A stretch of 64,000 bases of DNA from Clostridia bacterium (GCA_017461625.1 JAFTXJ010000018.1:34781-98780), one strand, 5' to 3'. Positions 9,914 to 19,021 are shown, counted from the stretch's first letter. Numbers and translations: made by a program. Notes: generated from the sequence alone by a model not told the origin.

Positions 9914-11744
9914 GGCACTCACCTCCGTTGAGCTTGTTCGCTCCGCAGCCTGCACATTTTTCACGGCAGTTTTTGGTTGTTTCACTTCTGTGAGCCTTTT
10001 CATTCTCTTTCATAAGGAATTTTTTGCTCACACCGTAATCAAGATGATCCCAAGGAAGAATTTCATCAAAGCTTCTGCGACGGTTAGCATAGAAAGCAGG
10101 ATCAATTCCGCATTCTTCAAAAGCTTCCATCCACTTACCGAAATCGAACTGATTATCCCAACCGTCAAAACGGCAACCCTTTTTCCATGCAAGCTCCATA
10201 ACCTTAGAAAGTCGGCGGTCACCTCTTGCAAACACACCCTCCAAAAAGCTGGTTGGAGTCAGGTGAGTGCTGATATTTATTTTTTTAGTGGTCACGCTTT
10301 CAAGAAGATGCTTTTGCTTTTCTTGGAGCTGTTCCATTGTGTCCTGAGGCTCCCACTGGAAAGGAGTGAATGGCTTGGGAACAAAAGAAGAAGCACTGAT
10401 ATTAACGGTAACGCCCTTGCCCTTCGGCTTATCGGGGTTCTGATAAAAAGCATTTACAACTTTTTGACCAAGCTCAGCAATACCTGCAACATCATCCAAA
10501 GTTTCGGTAGGAAGACCAATCATAAAATAAAGCTTAACCCCGGTCCAGCCACCGCTGAATGCTTTTTTAACAGTTTCCATAACTTCGTCTTCAGTGACGT
10601 TTTTGTTGATAGCATCACGAAGTCGCTGTGTGCCTGCTTCAGGGGCAAAGGTAAGACCAGCACGTCTTACGGCAGTGAGTTTTTGCATAAGCTCGTCTGA
10701 AAAATTATCCACACGAAGTGACGGCAAAGCAACATTGATTTTGTCATCAATAGTCCAGCTCAACAATTTATCAAGAAGCGGCTCAATCTGAGTGTAGTCA
10801 CTTGTACTAAGGGAGCAAAGTGAAATTTCATCGTAGCCTGAGGTTTCACAAAGGCACTTGCTCTGGCTTTCAACCACATCTGCACTTTTTTCTCGGATTG
10901 GCCTGTAAATAAAACCCGCCTGACAGAAACGGCAGCCTCTGATACAGCCCCTGAAAATTTCAGCAGTTACTCTGTCGTGAACAATTTCGATTGACGGAAC
11001 TATAAACGACTTGGGATAAAAAGCTTTATCCAAATCCCTAACTACTCTTTTAACTGCTTTTTGGGGAGCAGTATATTTGGGAGTTACGCTTTTTATTGTG
11101 TTATCTTCATTATACTCCACATCATAAAGCGAAGGGACATAAAATCCGTCGATTTTTGCAACCTCACAAAGAAACTCAAACTTTGACGAGCCTTTTTTCT
11201 TATGCTCTTTGAGTAAATCAAGAAGCTCGTTTGTTATTTCTTCACCTTCACCGAGCATAACCACATCAATAAAATCGGCAATTGGCTCAGCGTTGCACAC
11301 ACAAGGACCACCTGCTACAACCAATGGTGTAAGACTCTCGCGGTCTTTTGAATAAAGCGGCACCTGTGCAAGGTCAAGCATATTCAGAACATTGGAAAAG
11401 CTCAACTCATACTGAAGTGTGAAACCGATCATGTCAAAATCCTTGATTGGGTCACCGCTTTCAAGAGCATAGAGAGGAATATTGTTTTCTCTCATCTGCT
11501 CTTCCATATCTACCCAAGGGGCAAACACACGCTCACATCAGGCATCCTCACGTTCATTAACGAGCGAATATAAAATTTTCATTCCAAGGTGAGACATTCC
11601 GATTTCGTATGTATCAGGAAAACAGAATGCATAACGCAAATCAACCTTGTTTTTGTCTTTAATAACGCTGTTAAGCTCACCGCCCACATATCTGCCCGGC
11701 TTCTGAACTTTCAGCAAAATATTTTCTACCTTCTGTGGAATCAT
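9900..11744 (-). pseudogene. TIGR03960-type B12-binding-domain radical SAM protein, interrupted by a single in-frame TGA (11538-11540)
   Basis: ORFs 11538..11744 and 9900..11528 are in the same frame. Read-through gives ...LVNEREDA*CERVFAPWVDMEE. The CxxxCxxC cluster is RGCIRGCRFCQAG. Total length is 614 codons. Confidence 0.8.
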
Positions 11745-11755
11745 AAAACTTTCCT

Positions 11756-12115
11756 TTACTGTTTAATTCTTTGTTTAACTTGTGTGTCAATATATTGGCA
11801 CACACCTTCAAAATTACGGTCAATATCAAGATTGCAAATTCGCAAAATCTTTAAGCCCAACCGTTCAAGCTCTTCACTTCGCAATTTATCTTTTAATATT
11901 TGCTCCTGTGCATAGTGACCTCCGCCGTCAAGCTCAATAACTAACTGAGCCTTTGCACAATAAAAATCAACAATATACTCACCTATTGCCTTTTGCCGTT
12001 GAAAATGAGTAGGATAATTTCGCAAAAAATCATACCATAACTTGCGTTCCCACGGAGTCATATTTTTGCGTAGGTTTTTGGCAAGAGGAATGTTGTTTTT
12101 GTTGTATTCTTTCAT
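11756..12115 (-). CDS. DUF559 (Vsr-like endonuclease fold) domain protein
   Basis: NLRKNMTPWERKLWYDFLR...FQRQKAIGEYIVDFYC...LVIELDGGGH. ATG 12115 is preceded by AGGTGG. The ORF-track first codon is a GTG inside that SD. Confidence 0.85.
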   Translation of the reverse strand: MKEYNKNNIPLAKNLRKNMTPWERKLWYDFLRNYPTHFQRQKAIGEYIVDFYCAKAQLVIELDGGGHYAQEQILKDKLRSEELERLGLKILRICNLDIDRNFEGVCQYIDTQVKQRIKQ

Positions 12116-12124
12116 AATTGCCAC

Positions 12125-12271
12125 CTGAAAAACTCAATCTAAAGTGGCTCCCCTTGTCAGGGGAGCTGTCGCAAAGCGACTGAGGGGTAGTCTGCTCGGA
12201 GTATCTCTCCCTCCGTCTTTTGCTTCGCAAAATCCACCTCCCTCATCAGAGGGAGGCAAGGAAGTCTTTTA
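12125..12271. repeat. GC-rich multi-hairpin palindromic element between the two AT-rich island genes
   Basis: Hairpins: GCTCCCC-ttgtca-GGGGAGC (12147-12166), GTCGC-aaa-GCGAC (12168-12180) and CCTCCCTC-atca-GAGGGAGG (12237-12256). A second CTCCCTC at 12207-12213 offers alternative pairing. About 53% GC in two hand-counted 60-nt lines. Confidence 0.7.
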
Positions 12272-13792
12272 TCATAGTGCAACTAAATCCGCATTAAATC
12301 TTCCGTTCTGCTTAAAGATACCTAAAGGTAATGTTTCCGAATCGTTTCCGTGATTTACTTTCCATTTTTCTGCTAAATCTTTTAATTCTTTTGCTGTAAT
12401 CAAAAGAATTATCGTATCACTAGTCAAAGCATATTTTGCACATTCTTTAGCTGAATCAGCCGTGAATTCAGGACCAATAACCATAAAAACAGAAACTGGT
12501 TTTGTTGAGTTAGTGATATACCTATCAAACTGCTTAATATGTTCAGCCAAAGATACTTGCATTTCTTTTGACTTGTTATCCCACATTATGAGTTTATCAT
12601 TGAACGAAAGTATCCCGTCAGGATGCTCTGTTCCACTCATAATCAAAGGTTTAATTTTAAATATTTTTTCAAATATATAGTTCGTAGCAGCTTCAAATTT
12701 ATGCTCGCACTCTAAATCTTTCGAAATAACACCTTGCTGATGAAGAACCTGCAAATTTCTTGAAGCCAAATCGACGAAATAATGGTAATACAGTTCTCTT
12801 TCATCTTCTTCGGAAACTTCTATTTGCTTTATTTCGTCATAATAAGATATTATTCGATTTATCAATTCAGGCTTCGTACCATAAGTGGTAAGACCTAAGG
12901 CTCCACACCATTCAGACAATGAGCCTTTATCTAAACCGTCATTCGCCGAAAATCCACCAATAAGCTGATGCGCTGTAAGATTTTTTACAACCAATTCTTT
13001 AAGCTCGGTAAGATTTGGATTGCTTGGCAATCTAACCTTACCCTTAGTCAACATATCAATAAGATATTTTTTACTCTTTACATACTTACTTTCTATCAAA
13101 GAGAGAAATGATGATTCCTTGATGTCTATGTTAAAAATATTCCTCAAACAACTTGCAACTTCCTCGGGGATTACATCATAATCAACACCGCTTGAATCTC
13201 TGACGGGAACGATAAGACCCTTAGATTGCAATAATCTTCTTACATCCGAAATATCATCTCTTGAATGAACAATGTTATTGGTTGTAGGGAACTTTCCAAT
13301 CTGAGCCTCCAAAATTTGGTGATGTTTTTCTGTTATACCCATTCTCTTGCGAATTTTATTGATAAGATTTTGTTCATCAACCGAAACATCGTCATTGTTA
13401 TCCCAAGCGGCATCAACAACATATTTATAAAAATCAATATCCTCTATTTCAGAGTCAAGAGCAAATTCATTTGCAAGGTCTATTATATCCTGCTCATAAT
13501 CTACTACTTTATATTCTGTTGCATTAAGTGTTTCAGTAAAATCATCACAATTCAAAAGAATACTCTTGATTATAATACTGAATAAAATTCTATTATTTCT
13601 ATTAGGATTAAGTTCAAAAAACTCAACTACATTCCTAATATTTTCCTCATTAGAATATTGCGGAGCAGTTTTTACTACAGCTGCTTTCAATTCGTCAAAA
13701 CTTAGTCTTTTGTAATCAATTACATATTCATTTGCTACTCTTTTTAAATCTGTAAAAGTCGAAACATTTGCAACACAATCCTTAAATTTCAT
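12272..13792 (-). CDS. Uncharacterised 506-aa protein: N-terminal helical region, SAP-like DNA-binding motif(s), C-terminal FokI-like PD-(D/E)xK nuclease module
   Basis: Residues 291-318 are LSEWCGALGLTTYGTKPELINRIISYY (SAP-like). Residues 361-407 are ECEHKFEAA...GTEHPDGILSFNDKLIMWDNK (E...PD...DxK). No NTPase motif is present. Strongly AT-rich coding sequence. Confidence 0.6.
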   Translation of the reverse strand: MKFKDCVANVSTFTDLKRVANEYVIDYKRLSFDELKAAVVKTAPQYSNEENIRNVVEFFELNPNRNNRILFSIIIKSILLNCDDFTETLNATEYKVVDYEQDIIDLANEFALDSEIEDIDFYKYVVDAAWDNNDDVSVDEQNLINKIRKRMGITEKHHQILEAQIGKFPTTNNIVHSRDDISDVRRLLQSKGLIVPVRDSSGVDYDVIPEEVASCLRNIFNIDIKESSFLSLIESKYVKSKKYLIDMLTKGKVRLPSNPNLTELKELVVKNLTAHQLIGGFSANDGLDKGSLSEWCGALGLTTYGTKPELINRIISYYDEIKQIEVSEEDERELYYHYFVDLASRNLQVLHQQGVISKDLECEHKFEAATNYIFEKIFKIKPLIMSGTEHPDGILSFNDKLIMWDNKSKEMQVSLAEHIKQFDRYITNSTKPVSVFMVIGPEFTADSAKECAKYALTSDTIILLITAKELKDLAEKWKVNHGNDSETLPLGIFKQNGRFNADLVAL

Positions 13793-13837
13793 AAAATGTC
13801 CTCATCTTTCTTTGTTTTACATACAATAACATCTTTT

Positions 13838-16228
13838 TTACTTTAAAGTAACAATACTTACACCGTCTTCGCCTTCACCGAAAGTACCGAGGCGGTGAGA
13901 TTTAACATAGGGGCTCTTTTTAAGATATTCCCTTACTGCTGTTCTCAGTGCTCCCGTGCCTTTACCGTGAATAATGGTAAATTCGTTAAGGCCCGTGCGA
14001 AGTGCACTGTCCATAAATCTGTCAAGGGTCATAAGGCATTCTTCAACGGTCATGCCTCTCAAATCAAGACGAGTGTCAGCAGAAATATTCATTCTGCTGT
14101 CCATTTTACTGCCGTGAGTTGCTTTTGGTTTCTGAATTTTAGGCTTATTTGATTTTTCAAGAAGTCGGAGGTTTGAAATCTGTGTTCTTGTTTTAATTGC
14201 ACCCATCTGTACCTCGGCAACACCTTTTTTAGTGTTAACCGAAACCACCGTAGCTTCAGCACCGATGTCTGCAAGAATTACGCTGTCACCCTGTTTGAGT
14301 TCACGGGGCAAAACATAATTTTCATCTGTATCAAATGTGCCGATAACAGGGTCTGCGGCAGCATCAATAGCACCGATTCCCCTCTTGACCGCCGCCCTTG
14401 CACGTCGAGCCATTTCTGCAGCATCCTTTTGTTTAGCCTGTTCTTTTTTGAGCCTTTCAAGCTCATCAAGGAGTGCGTATGCTTCACGCTTTGCCTGCTC
14501 GGTTATTTTAATCGCCTGAGCCTTTGCTTTTTCTATCTCTTTTTCACGAAGAGTCTGAATCTCGGCTTTCATCTGCTTGGCTTTTTCAATCTGCTGCTGT
14601 GCCTCTCGCTTTAACTGCTCGGCTTCATTTTTGCCCTGCTCCATCTGTCGACGGCTTTCTTCAAGCTTGTCAACAACATCTTCAAATCGGGCATTTTCTG
14701 TGGAAACAAGGTTTCTCGCAGTGTCAACAATTTCATCGGAAAGACCAAGTCTTTGAGAAATTGCAAAAGCGTTTGATCTGCCCGGTACACCGATCAAAAG
14801 TTTATATGTGGGTTTGAGGGTTGAAACATCAAACTCACAGCTTCCGTTGATTACTCCATCTGTCTGCAAAGCATAAGCTTTAAGCTCGGCATAGTGAGTT
14901 GTGGCGGCAATTTTTGCCCCCTGACGGCGAAGCTTTTCAAGAATAGAAACAGCCAACGCAGCACCTTCAACAGGGTCAGTGCCTGCACCAAGCTCGTCTA
15001 TGAGAACAAGACTGCCCTCACCTGCGATTTTCAAAATATCTATTATAGTTGTCATATGTGACGAAAAGGTTGAAAGGGATTGTTCAATGCTCTGCTCGTC
15101 ACCGATGTCGGCAAGCACATTTTCAAAAACGGAAATTCTGCTTCTGTCATCAACAGGGAGCATAAGTCCGCACATTGCCATTAAAGAAAGAAGCCCGATT
15201 GTTTTAATCGAAACGGTTTTACCACCGGTATTAGGTCCTGTGATAACAAGGGTATCAAAATCTTCACCTAATTTAATATCAACAGGTACAACCTTTTTAG
15301 GGTCAATCAGCGGATGCCTTGCCCTGCGAAGATCAATTATTCCTTCGTTATTGAGGGTTGGTGCAGAGGCTTTCATAGCATAAGCCAACTGAGCCTTGCC
15401 GAAAATGAGATTAAGCTCAACTGCACACTCGTAGCTTGATTTAATTGTGTCAGCAAAGGAACCTGCCTGAGCAGAAAGCTCAGCAATAATTCTTTCAATT
15501 TCATCCTGCTCCTGATTTTGAAGAAGTCGGATTTTATTATTGGCTTCAACCACTCCCATAGGTTCAACAAAAACAGTTGCACCTGATGATGAAGTGTCGT
15601 GAACCAGGCCCGGAACATCGGCTCGGTGTTCACTTTTAACAGGAACAACAAATCTGCCGTTACGCATTGTTATAATGTTATCCTGCAAATATTTTGAATA
15701 ATTTGTGTTTCGTGTAATTTTGCCCAACTGTTCTCTTACGTGAGATTCCTGAGCTCTGATTTTTCTTCTTATACTCGCAAGCTCTGGCGAAGCATTATCG
15801 GCAATTTCTTCTTCTGAAAGAATTGCATTTTTAATTGCATCTTCAAGATATCTGTTTGGTGAAAGTGAATTAAACAATGTGTCAAGGCAGGTTTCAACAC
15901 CTGAGCAGGTGCTTCTCCATTGAGTGATTGTTCTGATAACGTGAAGCACACTTGCAATGTCAAGAAGCTCTCTTAAAGAAAGAGAACTTCCGGCATCTGC
16001 TCTGTAAAGGGCATTTGTAACATTCACAAGACCACCGAATGCAGGACCGCCGAAACGTGCAAGAAGCATGTGGGCATCTTTGGTCTGATTAAGCAAAGCC
16101 TGAGCCAATTGAAGAGTTGGCTCTGGTTTCAGCTCACGGGCAAGAATACGGGCATCTTCACAAGAAACGTGAGATGCCAGCTTTTCAAGCACCTTATCAA
16201 GTTCAAGAGATAAATAATGTCTGTTCAT
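13838..16228 (-). CDS. mutS2: Endonuclease MutS2 (MutS domain plus C-terminal Smr)
   Basis: Walker A GPNTGGKT and Smr LDLRGMTVEECL...IIHGKGTGALR. Start at MNRHYLSLELDK (ATG 16228, GGAG upstream). Confidence 0.95.
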   Translation of the reverse strand: MNRHYLSLELDKVLEKLASHVSCEDARILARELKPEPTLQLAQALLNQTKDAHMLLARFGGPAFGGLVNVTNALYRADAGSSLSLRELLDIASVLHVIRTITQWRSTCSGVETCLDTLFNSLSPNRYLEDAIKNAILSEEEIADNASPELASIRRKIRAQESHVREQLGKITRNTNYSKYLQDNIITMRNGRFVVPVKSEHRADVPGLVHDTSSSGATVFVEPMGVVEANNKIRLLQNQEQDEIERIIAELSAQAGSFADTIKSSYECAVELNLIFGKAQLAYAMKASAPTLNNEGIIDLRRARHPLIDPKKVVPVDIKLGEDFDTLVITGPNTGGKTVSIKTIGLLSLMAMCGLMLPVDDRSRISVFENVLADIGDEQSIEQSLSTFSSHMTTIIDILKIAGEGSLVLIDELGAGTDPVEGAALAVSILEKLRRQGAKIAATTHYAELKAYALQTDGVINGSCEFDVSTLKPTYKLLIGVPGRSNAFAISQRLGLSDEIVDTARNLVSTENARFEDVVDKLEESRRQMEQGKNEAEQLKREAQQQIEKAKQMKAEIQTLREKEIEKAKAQAIKITEQAKREAYALLDELERLKKEQAKQKDAAEMARRARAAVKRGIGAIDAAADPVIGTFDTDENYVLPRELKQGDSVILADIGAEATVVSVNTKKGVAEVQMGAIKTRTQISNLRLLEKSNKPKIQKPKATHGSKMDSRMNISADTRLDLRGMTVEECLMTLDRFMDSALRTGLNEFTIIHGKGTGALRTAVREYLKKSPYVKSHRLGTFGEGEDGVSIVTLK

Positions 16229-16238
16229 ATTAACTCCA

Positions 16239-16976
16239 TTATGTAATGCTCTTGTAAAAATCAAGAGTTTTATATTTTCTGTTTGTCTGATTTAAAAGAT
16301 ATTTTTCGCAAACATCGGCAAGAATGGGATAGTTTTCTTCGCCAAGAGTGAAAGAAAACAATTTTTCAGGCTGAGAGTAGCAAATATATCTCATAGCTGT
16401 TACAACACTCAGCGGCAACTCCTCACAAGGCACATCTCCAACACATTCAGAGCAGTAAAGATGACCGTCATAAGTGCCGAAATACATAACTTCATCTTCA
16501 AACTTTCCGCAACCGTCGCAAGCAACCAAATCGGGCATATAACCTGCCAGCGAAAGAGTGCGAAGCTCGGCAATGGCTTTGAGCTGAGGCTCGGGACGTT
16601 TGTTTTTACCCAGCATATAAAGGCAGTTAAGTGTAAGGCGAAGAAAATCCGCCGCATCACTTTCCTGAGGGGCAAGCTCATACTGAAGCTCACAAAAATA
16701 CTGAGCCAAAGCAAGCTTACCGATGTCATTTCTTAAATCAAAAAATATCTCTTTGGTCTGAATTTCGTCAATAACATAAGCATCTTTTCCGCGGTAGATT
16801 GAGAAATCCGCATAGGAAAACATCTGACTTCCGCATTGGGTGCGGCTTTTAAGCCTTTGAGCACCTCTTACAAAAGCCCTGAGCACACCGTAATCTTTTG
16901 TAAGCACGGTAACAAGACGGTCATCGCCGTTTGTCTTGTGCTCTTTGATTATCAGCCCTTCTGTGTTCATTCGCAT
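16239..16976 (-). CDS. recO: DNA repair protein RecO
   Basis: 245 aa with an N-terminal OB-fold region and a zinc module CDGCGK...CSEC. Order era-yqzL-recO. Confidence 0.92.
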   Translation of the reverse strand: MRMNTEGLIIKEHKTNGDDRLVTVLTKDYGVLRAFVRGAQRLKSRTQCGSQMFSYADFSIYRGKDAYVIDEIQTKEIFFDLRNDIGKLALAQYFCELQYELAPQESDAADFLRLTLNCLYMLGKNKRPEPQLKAIAELRTLSLAGYMPDLVACDGCGKFEDEVMYFGTYDGHLYCSECVGDVPCEELPLSVVTAMRYICYSQPEKLFSFTLGEENYPILADVCEKYLLNQTNRKYKTLDFYKSIT

Positions 16977-17082
16977 TTTTCACATTCTCCTGCACGCTGT
17001 TAGTTGCTTTGTATTGAAGATAGTCACTGATTTTTCCGCTCTGGGCAAATTTATCCCAAGCGGCAAGATTTTTATAATCCAT
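16921..17082 (-). CDS. yqzL: YqzL-family small protein (53 aa)
   Basis: MDYKNLAAWDKFAQSGKISDYLQYK... with GGAGGG 6 nt upstream. Canonical position between era and recO. The 3' end overlaps the recO start by 56 nt. Confidence 0.65.
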   Translation of the reverse strand: MDYKNLAAWDKFAQSGKISDYLQYKATNSVQENVKNANEHRRADNQRAQDKRR

Positions 17083-17137
17083 TAAAATCCCTCCGCAAAT
17101 ATTATTTGCAAAGGGATTCAAATATTTCTTTTGTAAA

Positions 17138-18025
17138 TTAATCCAATCCGAAATTGTGGATAAGACCTTCACGGTTTCTCCAACCTTCTTTAACTTTTAC
17201 CCAGCACTTGAGATTGATTTTGCATTGGAAGAAGCGTTCCATATCTTCCCTTGCTCGGGTAGAAACCTTTTTGAGCATTGCTCCACCTTTGCCGATGATA
17301 ATACCCTTGTGGCTCTCACGCTCGCAATAAATAACGGCTTCAATATCAAGAATGTCGCTGTCTTCACGCTCACGCATTTTTTCAATGCTAACGGCTGTGC
17401 CGTGAGGAATCTCTTTATCAAGTGAGCGAAGAAGCTTTTCGCGGATAATTTCACCTGCAATTACTCTTTCAGGTTGGTCAGTAAGTGTATCTTCAGGGAA
17501 GAAGAACACGCTCTCAAAAGCAAGCTTTGAAAGCTCCTCTTCAAGCTCAGGCATATTGATACCCCTTAAAGCAGAAACAGGAACAATAGCTTCAAAAGGA
17601 TAAAGCTGTGAGAATTTTAAAATTCTTTCCATAAGCTGTTCCTTTTCGGGGATTGTGTCAACTTTATTGATGGCAAGAATTACAGGCAACTTTTCTTTTT
17701 TAAACTTTTCAATAAGTTCCTGCTCGGCAGGTCGGAGTTCACCCTCAGGCTCAGTTACAAAAAGAACTGCATCAACACCTGCTATGCTGTCACCTACTGC
17801 CTTTATCATTTTTTCGCCTAGCTTGTTTTTAGGCTTGTGAAAACCGGGAGTATCAGTAAAAACAAGCTGAGTATCATCCTTTGTAAGAACACCCATAATT
17901 TTGGTGCGGGTTGTCTGTGGCTTGTCTGATACAATGGCAATCTTTTGCCCTAACATTTTATTGAGTATTGACGACTTGCCAACATTGGGACAGCCGACGA
18001 TTGCTATAAAAGCAGTTTTAGTCAT
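17138..18025 (-). CDS. era: GTPase Era
   Basis: GCPNVGKSS, DTPG, NKVD and a C-terminal KH domain. Confidence 0.97.
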   Translation of the reverse strand: MTKTAFIAIVGCPNVGKSSILNKMLGQKIAIVSDKPQTTRTKIMGVLTKDDTQLVFTDTPGFHKPKNKLGEKMIKAVGDSIAGVDAVLFVTEPEGELRPAEQELIEKFKKEKLPVILAINKVDTIPEKEQLMERILKFSQLYPFEAIVPVSALRGINMPELEEELSKLAFESVFFFPEDTLTDQPERVIAGEIIREKLLRSLDKEIPHGTAVSIEKMREREDSDILDIEAVIYCERESHKGIIIGKGGAMLKKVSTRAREDMERFFQCKINLKCWVKVKEGWRNREGLIHNFGLD

Positions 18026-18512
18026 TCTTTTTACCTCTTAAAAAATTATATATTTTATGTGGCCCTGCAAGAATAAATATGCCATCAATCACAAGGCTCA
18101 CAACAAGCACGGCAATATATACAGGGTTAGTTAAAAAGTACGCAAACATATTTTCAAATGCAACAGGCTGATATAGAATCAGGATACCGATAATCACCGA
18201 AAATATTGACAACACAAGCACTCCGCCTGCCGCCGTATCCTTTGCAATTTTAACGTATTCATTTTTTTCGAGAGTTGCTGCATTTGCCGCGTTTTCAATT
18301 CCCGAATTTAAAAGCTCACCTGCCATAACAAGTGACGACATCATAAGTAAAACGGCAAATTCGGTTTTGCTCACTTCAAAAAAATCATAATGTAACAAAA
18401 AGAAAAGCATATAAACAAAAATGCTCATATGAAACCTGAAATTTCTCTCATTCATTATGCCGTAAGCAATTCCTTTAAAGGCATAACCGAAGCCTTTGAT
18501 AAAAGCCTTCAT
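18018..18512 (-). CDS. dgkA: Diacylglycerol/undecaprenol kinase family membrane protein
   Basis: 164 aa, 3 TM segments, ELLNSGIENA motif. Order ybeY-dgkA-era. Confidence 0.85.
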   Translation of the reverse strand: MKAFIKGFGYAFKGIAYGIMNERNFRFHMSIFVYMLFFLLHYDFFEVSKTEFAVLLMMSSLVMAGELLNSGIENAANAATLEKNEYVKIAKDTAAGGVLVLSIFSVIIGILILYQPVAFENMFAYFLTNPVYIAVLVVSLVIDGIFILAGPHKIYNFLRGKKND

Positions 18513-18514
18513 AA

Positions 18515-19021
18515 TTATTCCTCGTCCATATAGTAGCTGCTGTTTCGTTTTAAGCCAAGCTGAGTGAGAATTGTTTCTTCTTTTTCTCTCATTCTCACCT
18601 GCTCAATTCCGCCTGCCTCGTGATCATAACCAAGAAGGTGAAGCATTGAATGAACTGTAAGGAAGCCGATTTCACGCTGAAGTGAGTGTCCGTATGTTTT
18701 TGCCTGCTCAATGGCATGCTCAACTGAAATAACTATGTCACCAAGCATTTTTGCCCCTGTGGAATAGTTTATGTCATAAACTCCGTCTTCACCCAAGGGG
18801 AAAGAAAGCACATCGGTGCTGCGGTCAACATTTCTGTATTGAAGGTTAAGAGCATGAATTTCTTCATCGTCAACAAAACGCACGCTAACCTCAACCGAGC
18901 CGTCAAACCCCTCATTCACAAGCACGGCATTGCAGCAACGGCGGATAAGGAGTCTTATTCCCGTAGGAACCTTAACTGCCTTCTGATCGTCTGAAATTAC
19001 AACTTTTATCTTGTCACTCAT
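18515..19021 (-). CDS. ybeY: rRNA maturation RNase YbeY
   Basis: HSMLHLLGYDH zinc-binding motif. Confidence 0.95.
   Translation of the reverse strand: MSDKIKVVISDDQKAVKVPTGIRLLIRRCCNAVLVNEGFDGSVEVSVRFVDDEEIHALNLQYRNVDRSTDVLSFPLGEDGVYDINYSTGAKMLGDIVISVEHAIEQAKTYGHSLQREIGFLTVHSMLHLLGYDHEAGGIEQVRMREKEETILTQLGLKRNSSYYMDEE

Noticed and set aside
9912-10700. A 262-aa plus-strand ORF.
   Set aside because: It is antisense to the radical-SAM gene, and no recognisable motifs are present.
11526-11540. The in-frame TGA in the radical-SAM gene might be a selenocysteine codon or evidence of a reassigned genetic code.
   Set aside because: Other genes in the window clearly terminate at TGA, for example the phosphoesterase at 2940 and rbgA at 6512. 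I find no convincing SECIS-like hairpin in the 40 nt downstream; the best is a 3-bp CCC/GGG stem.
12237-12262. CUGAUGA on the minus strand of the GC-rich element might be a hammerhead ribozyme core.
   Set aside because: The heptamer is just the loop plus stem edge of the CCUCCCUC/GAGGGAGG hairpin. There is no stem II followed by GAAA and no stem III or cleavage-site arrangement.
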